A stretch of 63,680 nucleotides of DNA, the filler included, from Collodictyon triciliatum (taxonomy: Eukaryota), in NCBI GenBank assembly GCA_043381765.1. It is 5 parts of 5 records of this genome, joined end to end, with 100 filler letters (N's around TTAATTAATTAA, not from the genome) between each part and the next. Parts side by side here need not be neighbours in the genome. Positions count along the whole stretch, not along the records: positions 54,999 to 63,680 come from JBHJMP010000287.1; 4 more parts are not named here. One strand, 5' to 3'. Under the pieces are notes generated by a model. It made no database searches and had not been told where the DNA came from. It was given only the letters and a program-made list of their open reading frames with translations. A program made the translations under genes and the position numbers. Every line of letters begins with the position of its first letter. The stretch's first letter is position 1. Shown here in pieces: positions 59,101 to 63,680 of this stretch.

Positions 59101-62100
59101 AAAACATATTATACTACCAAAGCGAACTAGGTTCACTCTCCCTGTACAAGGTCAAGATAGTTGAGTGGTCAGAATCAAGTTTGTATCCCCGCGGCGAAAT
59201 CATTGATAAAGTCGGAGTCACGGGCGATATCGAGAGTGAAACAACCTTGATTGAGTACACATACAATGTTAGTGCATATATATTGCTGAAGAAGATGATG
59301 TATTCACGAGAAAGCTACTTGCATAAATGCACTCACCTCACTTCATTTAATCATGTGGCTCTGTGAAACTTATAGCTTAATGCAATATTTAGATCGAGGA
59401 TGTAGATTTCTCGGCTGAGGTGATTGATTGTCTGCCTCGCACGGACGGAGTTCACTGGCAAATTCCAGCAGAGGAGCTGCAGAAGAGACACGACTTGCGG
59501 GCGTGGAGGATATTCTCGATCGACCCAGCCACAGCGCGCGACCTTGATGATGCTCTTTCTGTTGAGGTGTGATTCTCTCCCAATGTGACAAACTGAGAGG
59601 ACACTTAATTCACGCGCCTCTTTTATTCCATTTTACTTGTTTGTATAGCTATATGTATATCTATCTGTATTTTTATTATATTTTTGTTTTCTGATCATTT
59701 CCGTTTCTTGTTAACCCTATCATATTGATAAAAGGTGTTGGAAGGTGGACATTACAGAGTTGGGGTTCATATCGCAGATGTGAGCTACTTTGTCCGACCA
59801 AATACAGCCCTTGACAAGGAGGCCCAAAACCGCTCCACTTCTGTTTACTTTGTGCAGAAAGTAATTCCCATGCTGCCGAGGTAATGAAGCAATATTTTCC
59901 CTGTACTTGTGCTCGAGTTGTTTCCTTTTTCTTTTTCTTTTTCTTTTTCTTTTTCTTTTTCTTTTTCTTTTTCTTTTTCTTTTTCTTTTTCTTTTTCTTT
60001 TTCTTTTTCTTTTTCTTTTTCTTTNNNNNNNNNNTTTTTTCTTTTCTTTTTTTCTTTTCTTTTTTGGTATTATAGTTTCTTGTTTGAGTTCAAGGCTATT
60101 AAATCTGTTTGTCAAATTATGTTAAATATATAAATCACTATGAATCAAATCGAAACCCGAGTGATGACACACTATTCTCATGCTATCACTCTTGCGTCTC
60201 TTTATTTATAATATCGTAGACTGTTGTGCGAACACCTCTGCTCTCTGAACCCCGATGTTGAGCGCTTCGCTTTCACTGCAGAATTTGTAATGGATTCCGA
60301 TGCAAATATTGTTCAGCAGACTTTTTACCGCTCAGTTATTCGTTCGTGCGCCAAGTTGACTTACGACCACGCACAGGTAAGAAATTATCCCTAGAGTGTT
60401 TATATAGGTTTTCCGTGCGTTTTCTCATTTTTTTGTTTTTGTTTTTGATTTTGATTTTGATTTTGATTTTGATTTTGATTTTGATTTTGATTTTGATTTT
60501 GATTTTGATTTTGATTTTGATTTTGATTTTGATTTTGATTTTGACTTTAAGTTCATACTTAAATGCTGGAAACATCTTGACAGGACATGATTTTGGGTGG
60601 CGAGAAGTGCCGCACAGACCCGAGTGTTGTTATTTCCAAGACTCACAGTTTGGACGAAGTGATTGCTGATATTCAGGTTCTTCATATGCTCGCTCAGAAG
60701 CTGCGCGCACGACGATTTGACAATGGCGCACTGAGTCTGTCCAAGAATAAAATGGCGTAAGAAACCGTCTCGTTTTATCACTTTGTTTAAGTATTATATT
60801 TGACTGCATATTTTTACCTGACTTTGGCCTCATTCGTTACTAGATTCAAGCTTGGTGAGGATGGCTTCCCAGTCGAAACCGCACCATACGTACTAAAGGA
60901 GTCGAATCAGTTGATTGAGGAATTCATGGTTTTGGCAAACATTGAAGTGGCCAAGTTTATATCCAGCACCTTTCCCGACCGAGCTCTCCTGCGTATGCAC
61001 CCACGGCCTTCAGCAGAGGGACTGGTTCGGACTGTTTTTCTTTTTTTTTTTTCTTTTTTTTCTTTTTTTTCTTTTTTTTTTCTTTTTCTTTTTTCTTTTT
61101 TCTTTTTTCTTTTTTCTTTTTTCTTTTTTAATTTTTTAATTTTAGAACCAACTTGCCGTTGTTTGCAAAGTATTGGGATATAACCTTCCAACCAGGCCTG
61201 AAGATTTTGGAAAGGCTATGCTTAGCATTCAAGTTTGTCTACATTTTCATATTTGCTTAAATGACTGTTTGTTTGTTTATTTGTCTGTTTGTTTGTTTGT
61301 TTGTTTGTTTGTTTGTTTGTTTGTTTGTTTGTTTGTTTGTTTGTTTGTTTGTTTGTTTGTTTGTTTGTTTGTTTGTTTGTTTGTTTGTTTTTCGTGTGAC
61401 TGTCTTTCCTGGCTGATTTAAAAAAAAAAAGGGAAGAAACGACTCAATCTCCCAGCTGATGAGCAACATAGCGGTGAAAGCGCTGCTACTTGCAAAGTAC
61501 TTTTGCACAAACGATGTGGCCGATAGCGACTGGTTCCATTACGGACTCAGTGTCTCGCATTACACACACTTCACCAGTCCCATCCGACGCTACGCTGATT
61601 TGATTGTTCACCGTTTGCTCGATGCGGCTGTCTCTATTGGCGCGCAGCCTGGTCTACGGCATTTCGCACCTGGCACAGACATTTCTTCACAGATTCCTCA
61701 GGTTAATATTACTTATCACAGCGAGTATGTAGAAGTAAGAGAAAAATGAGAAGGAAGGACAATCCATATGTTTGCTTGAACTCTATTATGGAGTTATTCT
61801 GCCGCCAATATTTTCGCTCTTCTCTTCTTTTTTTCTCTCTGTCATTTATCTATTGTTTGTATTTCACATGTTTATTTGCATCAGGATATATTGGAAACAA
61901 TTCCATCCGCAACCGATTGCCAACATATCGCCGAGCACGCTAACGAACGAAAGTACAACGCCCGACTAGCCCAGGAAAAATCTGGAAAGTCTGTACATTT
62001 CTTTGCATACAATCTCAATCAGCCAACCAATTATTATTAAAGTAAATTATTAAATAAAAAAATCTGAGAGAAAGTGAGTACATGTCCCTCTAACCACAAG

Positions 62101-62649
62101 TTGCTTGTTTACCAAAACCAGGCTTTTCTTTTGCCTTATGTTCCGCGATAAACTGGCGGAAGAAACTGCTGTTGTCGTAGACATTTGGGAAAAAGGATTC
62201 ACCTTACTTGTCGAAAAGTACAGCTACGAGCGCCGCCTTCTGTTCAGTGATATTCACAGCGAAAAGTTGAACTACGACCCAAAGACAATGACTGCCCACT
62301 ACACACGACCGAAACTACGCAAAATTGCTCGTTTGTCCGCCACACTTGGCAGTGCGCACCAGTACGAGGATATCAACACCTTCAATGACGCAAGTGTCTC
62401 GCTCAGCTTCATGACGAAAGTTGCTGTGCAGTTTACGATATGTCCGGTTGGTCACTCGTCACGACGTTATCGTCATCATCATCAACAACAACGACAACAA
62501 CAATTTTGTTATCATCTTTTGATTGTAATTTCGTAGCTATGACCACTTGCATTTATACTCTCTTGATATCTCCACAGGGTACGTCCCCATTGGACTTGGA
62601 GTTTCTTGTTGTTGACTTCCTTACGAATGTTTCGCGTCTTCATGATTAA
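55291..62649 (+). CDS. DIS3L2: DIS3-like 3'-5' exoribonuclease 2 (RNB family), multi-exon
   Basis: YEPYL...[81 protein letters not shown] and [28 protein letters not shown]. No PIN domain seen; start codon inferred. Confidence 0.92.
55817..55856. repeat. 40-bp palindromic hairpin element, copy 2
   Basis: GATATTATATTTATCT-aactatac-AGATAAATATAATATC (perfect 16-bp stem). Confidence 0.9.
60443..60545. repeat. Intronic (TTTTGA)n microsatellite
   Basis: Directly visible in a DIS3L2 intron. Confidence 0.95.
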
Positions 62650-63284
62650 GAAGCCCTCCAGCGAAGAAAAAAAAGGCACAATTCGACGGCGCGAGCATAT
62701 CCAATAATATGCAGATTCAATCCCCAAAACGCTTTCGCAAAAGAATGCTCGTTTTCTAATATAAAGGCCTCGTTCGCCATAGAAGTTGGCATCCCCACAA
62801 AAATTTGCCGTTCTGTTCACAGATATCTTGTATGCGGTTTTTTGCATGGATTTTATTGTCTGATTTTTTTTATTGGTTGATTGAATTTGGTTATTTTCAA
62901 CGGGGGTTTTCCAAGGCTCATCACACAGGGAAAGGATGTAAACAAGCGGAATGTTCCGGGTTGAAGGGTATTGAGAAGGATTGGGGATAATAGCCATCGA
63001 TGCTTTATTCATCTTATTGAAGGGATAATGACTGTTGAGACGGGCTCAACAGCTAAGATTTTTAGAATAAGATAAAATAAATCTAATTGAAGGGGTGATA
63101 CAACACCAGGAGTTATAGAGAAAAGTGATGAATGGAAGAACAGAGAAGGCTGAACCCCCAAATCTTGTTGGCTGAGTAGTTTCGGCGACAACACATATCA
63201 AAATCAAACAGAACGAATACGTAGCCATGTCTCGACCGGGAGGAAACCAGACTCGCCTCCTCCGTCTCTCTTGCAAGTCCCGCC

Positions 63285-63442
63285 TCAAGTATCGGTGATT
63301 GTGGCGTACGAGTGTCTTCTGTTTTCATAGAGCGTGTCCAGAGTGTGTTCTGCGTCTAGTTTCTGGACTATCAACGGAACAGGAGGAAGTTCCATCAGAG
63401 ACGACCGGAAGTTTGCCGAGACGCTCTCGGAGGGAGGCGGCT
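63285..63442 (-). CDS. Probable terminal exon of a gene entering from beyond the right edge
   Basis: On the minus strand: TACTAAC branch (63476-63470), pyrimidine tract and CAG acceptor (63443), followed by GC-richer open frames. Reading frame unresolved. Confidence 0.4.
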
Positions 63443-63568
63443 CTGTGGAGAAGCAAGGAAGGAAAAAATGTTAGTAGTTGACTTGATTTTCCTTGTGTTC
63501 ACTGGCACCACTTATGTTTCTGGCTTTTCATTCATTCGCATAGCCAGCCTTCCTTCTGGTCTGGATGA

Positions 63569-63680
63569 TGATAATGATAATGATAATGATAATGATAATG
63601 ATAATGATAATGATAATGATAATGATAATGATAATGATAATGATAATGATAATGATAATGATAATGATAATGATAATGAT
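63569..63680. repeat. (GATAAT)n microsatellite running off the window end
   Basis: Directly visible. Confidence 0.95.

Noticed and set aside
63569-63680. (GATAAT)n as a telomeric repeat
   Set aside because: Not G-rich, similar hexamer microsatellites occur in introns, and it lies upstream of a minus-strand splice acceptor, so it is probably intronic.

Overview
Eukaryotic, intron-rich, protist-like nuclear DNA from a draft assembly, with N-gaps, four artificial TTAATTAATTAA contig linkers and many intronic microsatellites. The organism cannot be identified from this window. Genes reconstructed by hand-splicing, in order: a decayed LINE (L1/Tx1-like) ORF1 relic, RPS11, an intronless orphan ORF, PRA1, a HINT3-like HIT hydrolase, a partial PAK/STE20 kinase with apparent lesions, an intronless MLKL-like protein, phospholipase C (delta-type), a huge low-complexity polyQ protein, a PLAC8 Cys-rich protein, a secreted protein weakly resembling M28 peptidases, an SLC12A9-like cation-chloride cotransporter, a large polytopic membrane protein built of tandem ~50-60 aa repeats, and DIS3L2. 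The top candidate for a new system is the 539-aa gene at 16939-18558 (-). It has an MLKL-type four-helix bundle, a dead TKL pseudokinase and a C-terminal SAM-like domain, i.e. a necroptosis-executioner-like architecture in an apparent protist. Also notable: a clear U12-type AT-AC intron in PLC, several GC-AG introns, very degenerate splice signals, an exon-per-repeat membrane protein and a duplicated 40-bp hairpin. All family assignments are by visual motif recognition; no searches were run.
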